A stretch of 64,000 nucleotides of DNA, from contig JAVKHO010000014.1 in the NCBI GenBank assembly GCA_031459915.1, forward strand, positions 1 through 64,000, read 5' to 3'. Below, piece after piece: positions 50,733 to 59,248 of this stretch; within the stretch, counting starts at the first letter, position 1, and every line of letters starts with the position of its first letter. The notes below the pieces were generated by a model. It was not told the origin of the DNA, made no database searches, and worked only from the letters and a program-made list of their open reading frames with translations. This stretch comes from Candidatus Tepidifontimicrobium thermophilum. Its GTDB lineage: Bacteria; Sysuimicrobiota; Sysuimicrobiia; Sysuimicrobiales; Sysuimicrobiaceae. The translations under genes and the position numbers were made by a program.

Positions 50733-51335
50733 ATGATCTGGAGGGCAACTGCGGTCTTGGCGGTCCTGAGCGCGTCAGCGGTGGCCACGGTGGCCTGCTC
50801 CCGCACGGAGGCTCTCCGGGGCCAGCAGCTGGATCCCCCTCGCCCGGTCCCGGACCTAGTGGCCCGGGACCAGCGGGGCCAGGTGTTCCGGTTGGCCGAC
50901 CAGCGGGGCAAGGTGGTGGTCCTGTTCTTCGGCTACACCACGTGTCCGGACGTGTGCCCGGCCACCCTGGCGCGGTGGAAGCGGGTCCGGCAGCAGCTGG
51001 GCGACGATGCGGCCCGGGTGCGGTTCGTGTTCGTCACCGTGGATCCCGAACGGGACACCGCCCAGAAGGTGAGGGAGTACCTGGAGCTGTTCAGCCAGGA
51101 CTTCATCGGGCTAGTGGGCTCGGAGTCGGAACTGCGGCCCTTCTACCAGGCCTTCGGCGCCGCGTTTGAGAAGGTACCGCAGCCGGGTAGCGCCGCCGGC
51201 TACCTGGTGGCGCACACCGCCGCGGTCCCCGTGGTAGACACCCAGGGGCGCTGGCGGCTTCGGTTCACCCAGGAGACCTCCGTGGACGACTACGTCCACG
51301 ACCTCCGGGTGCTGCTCCGGGAGAGGAAATCTTGA
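50733..51335 (+). CDS. SCO1/SenC-family copper chaperone lipoprotein
   Basis: Lipobox VAC, FFGYTTCPDVC, VDPERD, conserved His; AGGAGG RBS. Confidence 0.93.
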   Translation: MIWRATAVLAVLSASAVATVACSRTEALRGQQLDPPRPVPDLVARDQRGQVFRLADQRGKVVVLFFGYTTCPDVCPATLARWKRVRQQLGDDAARVRFVFVTVDPERDTAQKVREYLELFSQDFIGLVGSESELRPFYQAFGAAFEKVPQPGSAAGYLVAHTAAVPVVDTQGRWRLRFTQETSVDDYVHDLRVLLRERKS

Positions 51336-51355
51336 GAACGGAGGGAGGGTTGAAG

Positions 51356-51799
51356 ATGAGGACGGCAGCAATTCTCGCAGCCCTGCTACTGGCTGTGGGC
51401 CTTGCCCAGGCAGGGCAGGCGCCGGTGGAGGTGAAAAACCCGTGGGCCCGTCCCGGGAACCGCGGGGGCAATAGCGCGGTGTACATGGAGATCCACAACG
51501 CGCAGGCGTACGCTGACCGCCTGGTGGCCGCGGGCACCGACGTGGCGGAGGCGGTGGAGCTACACGAGACCCGCGTGGAGGGCGGGATGCACCGCATGAA
51601 CAAGGTGGAGGCCATCGACGTACCGCCCAACGGCAGGGTAGAGCTGCGGCCCGGTGGCCTCCACGTCATGCTGATCAAGTTGAACACCGCCCTGCGGGTG
51701 GGCGACCGGTTCCCCCTGATCCTGCGGTTCGAGCGGGCCGGTCGTCTCACCGTAGAAGTGGTGGTGCGCGAGCAGGCGGCAGGAGGGGAACACCGGTGA
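51356..51799 (+). CDS. PCuAC copper chaperone
   Basis: WAR, H-x10-M-x21-HVM motif (ELHET..MHRM..PGGLHVML). Confidence 0.93.
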   Translation: MRTAAILAALLLAVGLAQAGQAPVEVKNPWARPGNRGGNSAVYMEIHNAQAYADRLVAAGTDVAEAVELHETRVEGGMHRMNKVEAIDVPPNGRVELRPGGLHVMLIKLNTALRVGDRFPLILRFERAGRLTVEVVVREQAAGGEHR

Positions 51800-52584
51800 A
51801 AGCCCGCCGAGCTCCGCTGGGCTGGCCGCTGGCGGCTCTGGCGGGTGCAGGCTTCCTCCTGAGCGGGTACCTTTGGTTCGGCACCGGCGGGGCAGAGCTG
51901 CGGCTCTGCCCCGCCGGCAGCGGCTGCCAGGTCGTACAGTCCAGCCGGTACGCGTTCCTCCTGGGAGTCCCGCTTCCCGTGTACGGGCTCGTGTACTACG
52001 GAGTTCTGCTGGTGGTGTCGGGATGGGGTACGGACCCCGCACGGCGCTGGCAGCTGGCGCTGCCGGTAGCGGCCGCCGGTTCGGGGGCGTCCCTGGTGTT
52101 CCTGGGCGTGCAGCGCTTCGTCCTGCAGACCTTCTGCACCCTCTGCGTCCTGTCTGCCGTGCTGTCGTTCGCTCTGCTCGCCCTGAGCTGGACGTACACC
52201 CGCCCCAAGGTAGGGTGGCCCGTGATGGTGCTGCCGGCGCTGGCCGCCCTCGTGGCGGTTGTGGGCGGCTACACCCTGACAGAACGCCAGACGGCGGCCA
52301 CCGCCTACGCGGAGGGGCTGGCCAAGCACCTCGCGGCGTCAGGCGCCAGGTTCTACGGAGCCTACTGGTGTCCACACTGTACGGAGCAGAAGCGGATGTT
52401 CGGCGACGCAGCACGGTACCTCCCGTACGTGGAGTGCGACGCCCGCGCTCCGGACGGAAGGCCCGAGGAGTGCAGGAAGGCCGGGGTCCGGGCCTACCCC
52501 ACGTGGGTGATCGGAGGACGGAAGTACGAGGGGACGATCCCCCTGGAGGAACTGGCCAGGCTGTCCGGCTACCCGCCGCCATGA
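51796..52584 (+). CDS. VKOR-thioredoxin fusion (disulfide bond formation)
   Basis: C-x5-C..V..SRY, FCTLC; Trx domain YWCPHC, YVEC, YPTW. Confidence 0.9.
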   Translation: MKARRAPLGWPLAALAGAGFLLSGYLWFGTGGAELRLCPAGSGCQVVQSSRYAFLLGVPLPVYGLVYYGVLLVVSGWGTDPARRWQLALPVAAAGSGASLVFLGVQRFVLQTFCTLCVLSAVLSFALLALSWTYTRPKVGWPVMVLPALAALVAVVGGYTLTERQTAATAYAEGLAKHLAASGARFYGAYWCPHCTEQKRMFGDAARYLPYVECDARAPDGRPEECRKAGVRAYPTWVIGGRKYEGTIPLEELARLSGYPPP

Positions 52585-53588
52585 GACGCTTGCTGCTCGC
52601 CTGGCTGGTCTTCGCGGCCCTCGCCGTGGCCACACCCGCTGAGGCCCAGGTGCGGTGCCTGTCGTCGTTTCCTGCGCCGGGGACGCGGCTGGAGGCACCT
52701 CCCGGCAGCGTCATCTTGTGGATGAACGAGCCGGTGGACCTCCAGCTGAGTCAGTTCCGGGTCCTGGACCCCCGCGGCCGGCGGTTCGACCTGCCCGCCC
52801 GGATCTCCGCGGACGGTCTGCGGGTGGAGGTTCCGCTGTACCCCCTTCCCGACGGCGTGTACGTGGTGCACTACCGGGCGGCGTCGGTCCTGAACGGGCA
52901 CGTGAGCGTGGGGCTGTACAGCTTCGGGGTCCGCACGGCCGTCGAGGTGGAGGAGAGATCCTTTGCCGGGGTGGCGGCGCTGCGCGCGGTGGGCGCCGCG
53001 GCCACCCTGGCCGCACTCGCGTCGGGCTCAGTCCTCGGCGCAGTTCTGGCCACGCTGACCGCGTTTCTGGAGTGGGCGCAGGCCTCGCTCTTCACGGTCC
53101 CGGCTCCCTGGCCGATCCTGCTGCACGGTGGGTGGGTCGGTCTGCTGCTGGCCGGGACCCAGCCGGGGTGGGCCCTGCTCCTGGCCACCGCCACTACAGC
53201 CGCGTGGGCGGTACCCGTCCGGCCTCCCCGGACGCTGCTACGTCTGGTGGCCGCGGCCTGGATCCTGCTGGTCACGCCCGTAGTGGCCGCCGCAGGCGGG
53301 CCCCTGAGCTTGCTGGCCAGCAGCCACGGCCCCGCCCTGGTCCTCATGGTGGCGGCCTACGGGACCGCGGGCGTGCTCGCTGCTCTCGCGCTGCCCGTCC
53401 TGGGCGTGCGGGTACAGGAGCCTTCCTGGACGCGGCTGCTGCTGGCCCTGCTGCTCGCCGCGGCGTGGGCGCTGCGACCTGCGAGGGACGTGGGTGAGTT
53501 CTTCGCGCTGTGGACGGCTCTGGGCGCCCTGTGCGCTGGGGCGTACCTGCTGGGCCAGGGTCGCCTGCGGTGGGGGATTCGGCGGTGA
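52581..53588 (+). CDS. Degenerate CopC domain fused to a multi-TM region
   Basis: Signal peptide, S.PAPG..L..PP, G.Y.V.Y...S..NGH...Y.F.V; hydrophobic C-terminal half. Confidence 0.7.
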   Translation: MRRLLLAWLVFAALAVATPAEAQVRCLSSFPAPGTRLEAPPGSVILWMNEPVDLQLSQFRVLDPRGRRFDLPARISADGLRVEVPLYPLPDGVYVVHYRAASVLNGHVSVGLYSFGVRTAVEVEERSFAGVAALRAVGAAATLAALASGSVLGAVLATLTAFLEWAQASLFTVPAPWPILLHGGWVGLLLAGTQPGWALLLATATTAAWAVPVRPPRTLLRLVAAAWILLVTPVVAAAGGPLSLLASSHGPALVLMVAAYGTAGVLAALALPVLGVRVQEPSWTRLLLALLLAAAWALRPARDVGEFFALWTALGALCAGAYLLGQGRLRWGIRR

Positions 53589-54058
53589 CGCGGCCGACCT
53601 GGGACCTGGTCGTGCTGGGGGCTGTGGTGGCCCTGCTGGGCTTCGGCACCGTGGCCTGGGGGCTGCGTTCGCGCCGCGGCTCCTCGGTGTGGGTGGGGGT
53701 TTTCGTCCTGGCGACCGCGGGCCTGTTCTTCCACCAGGCGGTGCGGATCTCGAGGCTCCCACCCCGCAACCCCATTCCCGCCACCGAACAGTCGGTGCAG
53801 CTCGGCCACCAACTGTACCGCGCTCACTGCGCCGTTTGCCACGGATCCGAAGGACGTGGGGACGGGCCTGCGGCCGCGAGCCTAGTGCCCAGGCCCGCGG
53901 ACCTACGGCGCACCGCGCGCATGGCAGACCCGTTGCTGTTCACCCGCATCACCGAAGGCCTGCCGGGAACCGCCATGCCTGCGTTCCGAGACGTCCTGAC
54001 CGAGGAGGAACGCTGGCACGTGGTGAACTTCCTCCGAGCTCTGGCGGACCGGCCGTGA
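53585..54058 (+). CDS. Membrane-anchored monoheme cytochrome c
   Basis: Two TM segments, CAVCH, GDGP, GTAMPAF, ERWHVV. Confidence 0.88.
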   Translation: MTRPTWDLVVLGAVVALLGFGTVAWGLRSRRGSSVWVGVFVLATAGLFFHQAVRISRLPPRNPIPATEQSVQLGHQLYRAHCAVCHGSEGRGDGPAAASLVPRPADLRRTARMADPLLFTRITEGLPGTAMPAFRDVLTEEERWHVVNFLRALADRP

Positions 54059-54585
54059 GGGAAGCCCTACTTCCACCGTTCCTGCACGGTGCGCTGACCG
54101 GAGGTGGGCCCGGGTTTCTGGGCTGGACCCTCCTCATAGCCGGTCTGCTGCTGGCCTTCTACGGCGTGAAGGCAAGCCTGCGGACCGCGGAGGGGCGGGC
54201 TTTCTTCCTGGCGGGTCTTGCCGCTGCAGCCGTGAGCGGGGCCGGGCTGCTGCGACCAGCCCCGCCTCCTGCGGTCGTACCCTCCCGCAACCCGGTCCCC
54301 CTCACCGCGGAGTCCGTGGAGGCCGGGCGGCGGGTGTACGAGGTGCACTGCGCCGCGTGCCACGGCCAACAGGGGGCTGGCGACGGTCCCGCAGCCGCAG
54401 GCTTAGCCAGGGGGCCGGCGGACCTGCGCCTGCACGTTCCCATGCACTCGGACGGGCAGCTGTACCTGTGGATCACAGTGGGCGTCCCGGGAAACGCCAT
54501 GCCGCCCTTCGGGGATCGTTTGAGCGACGAGGACCGCTGGCATGTAGTTAACTACCTGAGGGTCCTGGCCCTGAGCGCCCGTTGA
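54055..54585 (+). CDS. Membrane-anchored monoheme cytochrome c
   Basis: Two TM segments, CAACH, GDGP, GNAMPPF, DRWHVV. Confidence 0.88.
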   Translation: MREALLPPFLHGALTGGGPGFLGWTLLIAGLLLAFYGVKASLRTAEGRAFFLAGLAAAAVSGAGLLRPAPPPAVVPSRNPVPLTAESVEAGRRVYEVHCAACHGQQGAGDGPAAAGLARGPADLRLHVPMHSDGQLYLWITVGVPGNAMPPFGDRLSDEDRWHVVNYLRVLALSAR

Positions 54586-54631
54586 TACACGGGTGTGACG
54601 GAGGACAGACAGGTTGCGGTGGAGGTGAGCG

Positions 54632-55003
54632 GTGAGGGCATACAGAACCCTTGTGGCCGTGCTGGCCTGCGCTGGCCTTGTGGGAGTTGCGGCCGCGCAC
54701 GCGAAGCTGGTACGCGCGGAGCCGGCTCCCGGAGCGGTGCTGCGCACTGCCCCCCGCGTGGTGCGCGCGGTTTTCAACGAGGAGCTCGCAGCACGCGGCA
54801 GCTTCCTCGTGGTCGTGGACGCGCGGGGCCGGCGGGTAGACGACGGCAAGAGCGGGCTGGACCTGGACGACCTGGACCGCAGGACCCTCCTGGCCAGGCT
54901 GCGGCCATTGGGGCCCGGCCGGTACACGGTCCGCTGGCAGGCCACCTCCGCGGACGACGGCTACGTGGCGCGGGGTAGCTACGTCTTCACCGTGCGGCCG
55001 TGA
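54632..55003 (+). CDS. copC: CopC-family protein
   Basis: Signal peptide then His1 (HAKL..AEP), FNE, GRYTVRW..S.DDGY. Confidence 0.85.
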   Translation: MRAYRTLVAVLACAGLVGVAAAHAKLVRAEPAPGAVLRTAPRVVRAVFNEELAARGSFLVVVDARGRRVDDGKSGLDLDDLDRRTLLARLRPLGPGRYTVRWQATSADDGYVARGSYVFTVRP

Positions 55004-57093
55004 AGCGGGTACGAAGACTCCTCCTCGCCTGCCTGCTGGTGGCCACGACCGCGGGTCCGGCCCTGGCCCACGCGGTGCTGCAGACCTCCACGCCGGCCCA
55101 CGGTGCCAGCCTGGATACCCCACCCGCGGAGGTGGTGCTGACCTTCACGGAGCCCGTGCACCCGCAGGCCAGCTCCGCACAGGTGGTAGACGCCGCGGGC
55201 CGTGTGGTCTCGGAGGGCTTCGAGGTGGTCCCAGACGGACGGACCGTGCGGGTGAAGGTGGGGCGCCTGGATCGCGGCACGTACACCGTGCGGTGGAAAG
55301 TCCTCAGCCGCCTGGACGGACACGTGACTGAGGGCCGCGTGAGCTTCGGGGTCGGCGTGGCTCCCGCTCCAGCCCCCCTGGCCTCGCAGGGTCCGCCGTG
55401 GTGGCAGGTGTTCCTGCGCTGGCTGGGCTACCTGGCAGCCCTTTCGCTAGCGGGTGCTCTCGCTTTCCAGCACTTGGTCCTGAGCGGAGCAGCTCCGGAC
55501 CGGGCGGCCGAGGTCCGTCGTGTGGTGCGGGTGTCCGCGTCAGCCCTGGCCGCCGCCGCGTTGGCGGACACCCTCGCCCGCAGCGTGTGGCTGCAGTCGC
55601 CCGGACAGGGAACGTGGGCGACCCTGTGGACGCTGGTCCGGACCTCTCAAGAGGGTCCTTCCCTGCTCCTCCGCGTGGGCGCTGCGGTCCTGGCCCTAGA
55701 CGCAGCACGCACCGGTTCACCATGGACGGCCGGGCTTGCGGGTGGGGCGGCGCTGCTGGGGATCACCGTCACGTCCCACGCGTGGGCCGTCGGGCCGCTG
55801 GCGGCGGCAGTAGACTGGCTGCACCTAGCCGCGGCCTCCGTGTGGGTCGGAGGGCTAGCCTGTGTGGCGGTGCTGCTTTCAGCCGCGCGGCCCCGGGACA
55901 GCACGGTACCGATTCTGCGGGCCTTCTCCCGGTGGGCGGGGTACAGCCTGGCGGTGGTGGCGGCCACCGGCGCTTACGCCGTGGTGCTGCACGTCCCCAG
56001 CTGGGACGCCCTGGCCGCGACCGGCTACGGGCGGTGGCTGGTGGCAAAGATCCTCCTGGTAGCGGTCCTGGTGGGGTTGGGTGCTTTGAACCGCTACCGG
56101 CTCCTCCCCCGGCTTGAGGTGGCTCGGGGGACCCTCCGCCGTCTGCGGCTGTCCGTGCGGGCGGAGGTCGCTGTGGCCTCGCTCGTCCTGCTGGCTGCGG
56201 GGGCCATCGCCGTGACCCCGCCCGCGCGCACCGTGCAGGCCGCGGGGAAGCAGCCCCTGGTTCTGGCCGCCCTCGCGGACTCCACCCGTGTCCTGTTGAC
56301 CGTGGACCCCGGGGAGCCCGGGTGGAACCGCTTTTTGCTGGCCGTGCGGGACGCGCGGGGGAACCCTGTGCCCGTGGACCGCGTGGTGCTGCGTCTTCGG
56401 AAGCTGGACGAGGAGGGCAGCGTGCCCGCGGTGGTTCTGGAACCCAGACCGGACGGAAGCTACATTGCGGAAGGGACGCAGCTGGGTCTCGCGGGTTTCT
56501 GGGAGCTGGAGGTGGTGCTGCGGGTCCGGGGCCGGCCGGACCGGACGGTGTGGTTCCCGTTGCGGTCGGGGTCGTTCCAGCTGCGGTCGGACCTCGAGGC
56601 GTTCCGCTTCCTGCGGCGCGCCCAGGAAGCTCTGGAACGGCTCCGGACCTGGCGCGAGACGGAGCAGATCACCGACGGCGCGGGAAACGTGGTGGTCACC
56701 CGCTACACCTACCAGCGCCCGGACCGGCTGGCGTTCGAGGTGGTGGGCGGGATGCGGGGCGTGCTGATCGGGAAGGATCGGTTCGTCCGCACGGATCGAG
56801 GCTGGCAACGGGACACACTTCCGGAGGCGTTCACCGCCCGCGGCCCGGCCCTGTACATGCAGAACCCGCTGCGGGCGGCCCTGGGAAGACAGGAGCCGTG
56901 CCCGGACGACCCCACGGAGCCCTGTCAGGCGGTGCTGTGGGACTCGCCCGACGGGCTGGCCTCCTTCGGCGCGTGGGTGGGCACGCGGACCCACCGGGTC
57001 CACCGGCTGCTCATGTGGGCGCCCGCCCACGCCATGACCAGCGTCCTGGAGGACTTCGACGCCCCCGCAAGGGTGGAGGCCCCGGGCCCCTAG
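55000..57093 (+). CDS. CopC-CopD fusion with extended extracytoplasmic C-terminal domains
   Basis: His1 HAVL, DGH; CopD SHA..DWLHL...WVGG, TG, YG..L..K; ~280 aa C-terminal extension. Confidence 0.88.
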   Translation: MKRVRRLLLACLLVATTAGPALAHAVLQTSTPAHGASLDTPPAEVVLTFTEPVHPQASSAQVVDAAGRVVSEGFEVVPDGRTVRVKVGRLDRGTYTVRWKVLSRLDGHVTEGRVSFGVGVAPAPAPLASQGPPWWQVFLRWLGYLAALSLAGALAFQHLVLSGAAPDRAAEVRRVVRVSASALAAAALADTLARSVWLQSPGQGTWATLWTLVRTSQEGPSLLLRVGAAVLALDAARTGSPWTAGLAGGAALLGITVTSHAWAVGPLAAAVDWLHLAAASVWVGGLACVAVLLSAARPRDSTVPILRAFSRWAGYSLAVVAATGAYAVVLHVPSWDALAATGYGRWLVAKILLVAVLVGLGALNRYRLLPRLEVARGTLRRLRLSVRAEVAVASLVLLAAGAIAVTPPARTVQAAGKQPLVLAALADSTRVLLTVDPGEPGWNRFLLAVRDARGNPVPVDRVVLRLRKLDEEGSVPAVVLEPRPDGSYIAEGTQLGLAGFWELEVVLRVRGRPDRTVWFPLRSGSFQLRSDLEAFRFLRRAQEALERLRTWRETEQITDGAGNVVVTRYTYQRPDRLAFEVVGGMRGVLIGKDRFVRTDRGWQRDTLPEAFTARGPALYMQNPLRAALGRQEPCPDDPTEPCQAVLWDSPDGLASFGAWVGTRTHRVHRLLMWAPAHAMTSVLEDFDAPARVEAPGP

Positions 57094-57210
57094 ACCGGGC
57101 CGCGGTGGCGACGTCCCTGAGGGTCAGCCTGGCTTGACCCCGGGGATGTACTGCGATCGGTGGCGTGAGCGTCGGTAGCGGCACCTCCCCGTGCGGGCTG
57201 CAGGTTGGGG

Positions 57211-57492
57211 GTGAGGGTGAAGGCGGCCGCCCTGCTCGGCCTGCTCCTCAGCCTGGTTCCTGCCTGTGACCGTCTGTCCAGCGCGCGGCCGGACGCCTCA
57301 GCGCTGGAGGTGCGCCGGGGCGAGCGCCGGTACAACCAGTACTGCCTGAGTTGCCACGCTGGGCCTACGGGTGGGTCGATGATGGACTACCCGCCCCGAC
57401 ACAACGCGAGGGGCCACACCTGGCACCATTCCGACTGCCAGCTCAAGGAGACCATCAAGAATGGGGGCGACGAGATGACCGCCACCAGGTGA
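57211..57492 (+). pseudogene. Truncated cytochrome c
   Basis: Lipoprotein-like signal, CLSCH, GHTWHH; stops before the expected MP axial-ligand segment. Confidence 0.6.
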
Positions 57493-57521
57493 CCCAGTCC
57501 CGCTGCTAGAGGTCCGAACGC

Positions 57522-58334
57522 TTAGAACAGCTGACACGCCAGGTAGGAGACCCGCTCCCGGGTCTCCGGGTCGAACCAAGGAGGGTCTCCCGCCTGCGCG
57601 TTCTCCACGGCCCGCTCCGGCCGCGCGGTGGCGGGGATGACCACGGAGACCCTGGGGTCGCTGGCCACCCACTTCAAGAGGGCCTGCGCCCAGCTACGCA
57701 CCCCGAAGGGCTCCAGGCGCCGGAGCTCGTGCGCGGGTGGGCTTTGCCGGACCAGCTCTCCCTCCGCCAGGGGTCGCATGACGATGACTCCGATCCCGAG
57801 CTCGTGGGCGCGGGGCAGGATGTCCTGTTCGACTTCTCGATCGACGGCGTTGTAGGGGACCTGCACGCACTGAACGCGACCGGCCTCCATCCAACGCAGG
57901 ATTTCGGGGAACGCCCGGTGGCTGTAGTGGGTGACCCCCAACGCGCGCACGCGGCCCTCCGCCCGCAGCGCTTCCAGGTACGGCAGGTGTACTTCGGCGG
58001 CCAGGAGGTTGTGCACCTGGTAGACGTCCACCCAACCCCCGTACCAGGCCAGCGCCCGCTGCACCTGCCGGCGGCCTTCCGCCGCGGAGGACGTCCACAC
58101 CTTCGTAGCGATCAGGACGGACGACCGGACCGGCCGCACCGCGTCAGCCAGCACGCGCTCCGCCTGGCCGTACATGGGGGAGGTGTCGAAAAAGTCGGAA
58201 CCGGCCCGGATGGCGGTCCGGACCACCTCGTGCCGGAGGGCTTCCTCGGGACCCCGCACGTCCAGGGTCCGCCAGGTGCCCATGCCGATCACGGGGACGG
58301 AAAGGCCGCTGCGGCCGAGGGGGCGGCGTTCCAC
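57522..58334 (-). CDS. Aldo/keto reductase
   Basis: LGRSGL, GMGTW, DTSPMYG, IATK, QVHN, QVPYN, IPAT. Confidence 0.92.
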   Translation of the reverse strand: MERRPLGRSGLSVPVIGMGTWRTLDVRGPEEALRHEVVRTAIRAGSDFFDTSPMYGQAERVLADAVRPVRSSVLIATKVWTSSAAEGRRQVQRALAWYGGWVDVYQVHNLLAAEVHLPYLEALRAEGRVRALGVTHYSHRAFPEILRWMEAGRVQCVQVPYNAVDREVEQDILPRAHELGIGVIVMRPLAEGELVRQSPPAHELRRLEPFGVRSWAQALLKWVASDPRVSVVIPATARPERAVENAQAGDPPWFDPETRERVSYLACQLF

Positions 58335-58349
58335 TGCGGGCCGACCGGG

Positions 58350-58745
58350 TCAGCGCTTCGAGTACTGGAAGCCCCGCCGGGCCCGCTTGCGCCCGTACTT
58401 CTTTCGCTCCTTGGCCCGCGGGTCGCGGGTCAGCAGGCCGTGCTGCCGCAGCAGCGGCCGGAGGTTGGGGTCCACGTTTAGCAGGGCGCGGGCGATGCCG
58501 TGCCGCACCGCGTCCGCCTGGCCGGAGACCCCGCCCCCCTGCACGTTGGCGAAGACGTCGAACCGGCCCTCGAGGTCGGCCACCCGCAGCGGCTCCAGGA
58601 TCCGGTACCGCCGGGCCACACCGGGGAAGTACTCCTCCAGCGGTCGGCCGTTCACCACCACCCGCCCCGACCCGGGCCGCAAAATCACCCGGGCACTGGC
58701 TTCCTTCCGCCGTCCGGTGGCCTGGGGCAGGGTCAGGGTGCTCAT
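58350..58745 (-). CDS. rpsI: 30S ribosomal protein S9
   Basis: TGRRK, GGG.SGQ, LTRDPR.KERKK, QYSKR. Confidence 0.98.
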   Translation of the reverse strand: MSTLTLPQATGRRKEASARVILRPGSGRVVVNGRPLEEYFPGVARRYRILEPLRVADLEGRFDVFANVQGGGVSGQADAVRHGIARALLNVDPNLRPLLRQHGLLTRDPRAKERKKYGRKRARRGFQYSKR

Positions 58746-58763
58746 GGGGCCTCCCTCACGTTC

Positions 58764-59192
58764 CTACAGATCCAGCGGTTTCGGCTGCTGGGCCGCATGT
58801 GGGTGGTCGGGGCCGCGGTAGACCTTCAGCTTCTTCAGCATCCTGCGGCCGAGCGGGTTCTTGGGCAGCATCCGCTGCACCGCCTTCTGAAGCACCCACT
58901 CCGGCTTGCGCTCCAGCATCTGCCCGGCGGTGGCGGACTTGATCCCGCCGGGGTACCCCGAGTGCCAGTAGTACACCTTCTCCTCGCGCTTACGGCCCGT
59001 AAGCCGCACCTTCTCCGCGTTCACCACCACCACGAAGTCGCCCCCGTCCACGTGGGGCGTGAAGGTAGGCTTGTGCTTTCCCCGAAGAATGGCGGCGATG
59101 CGGCTCGCCAGGCGCCCGAGGATTTTCCCCCGGGCGTCCACCAGGAACCACTCCCGCTGGACCTCCGACGGCTTCTGTTGGTACGTCTTCAC
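58764..59192 (-). CDS. rplM: 50S ribosomal protein L13
   Basis: [34 protein letters not shown]. Confidence 0.98.
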   Translation of the reverse strand: MKTYQQKPSEVQREWFLVDARGKILGRLASRIAAILRGKHKPTFTPHVDGGDFVVVVNAEKVRLTGRKREEKVYYWHSGYPGGIKSATAGQMLERKPEWVLQKAVQRMLPKNPLGRRMLKKLKVYRGPDHPHAAQQPKPLDL

Positions 59193-59219
59193 CGTCCGCC
59201 TCCGAACAAACCAACGGCA

Positions 59220-59248
59220 AGCCTACCATGCGCTCCCGGAGGTGTCAA
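59220..59248 (-). promoter_or_regulatory. Sigma70 promoter of rplM-rpsI
   Basis: Minus strand TTGACA-17 bp-TAGGCT; the -35 overlaps the upstream gene's stop codon. Confidence 0.75.
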
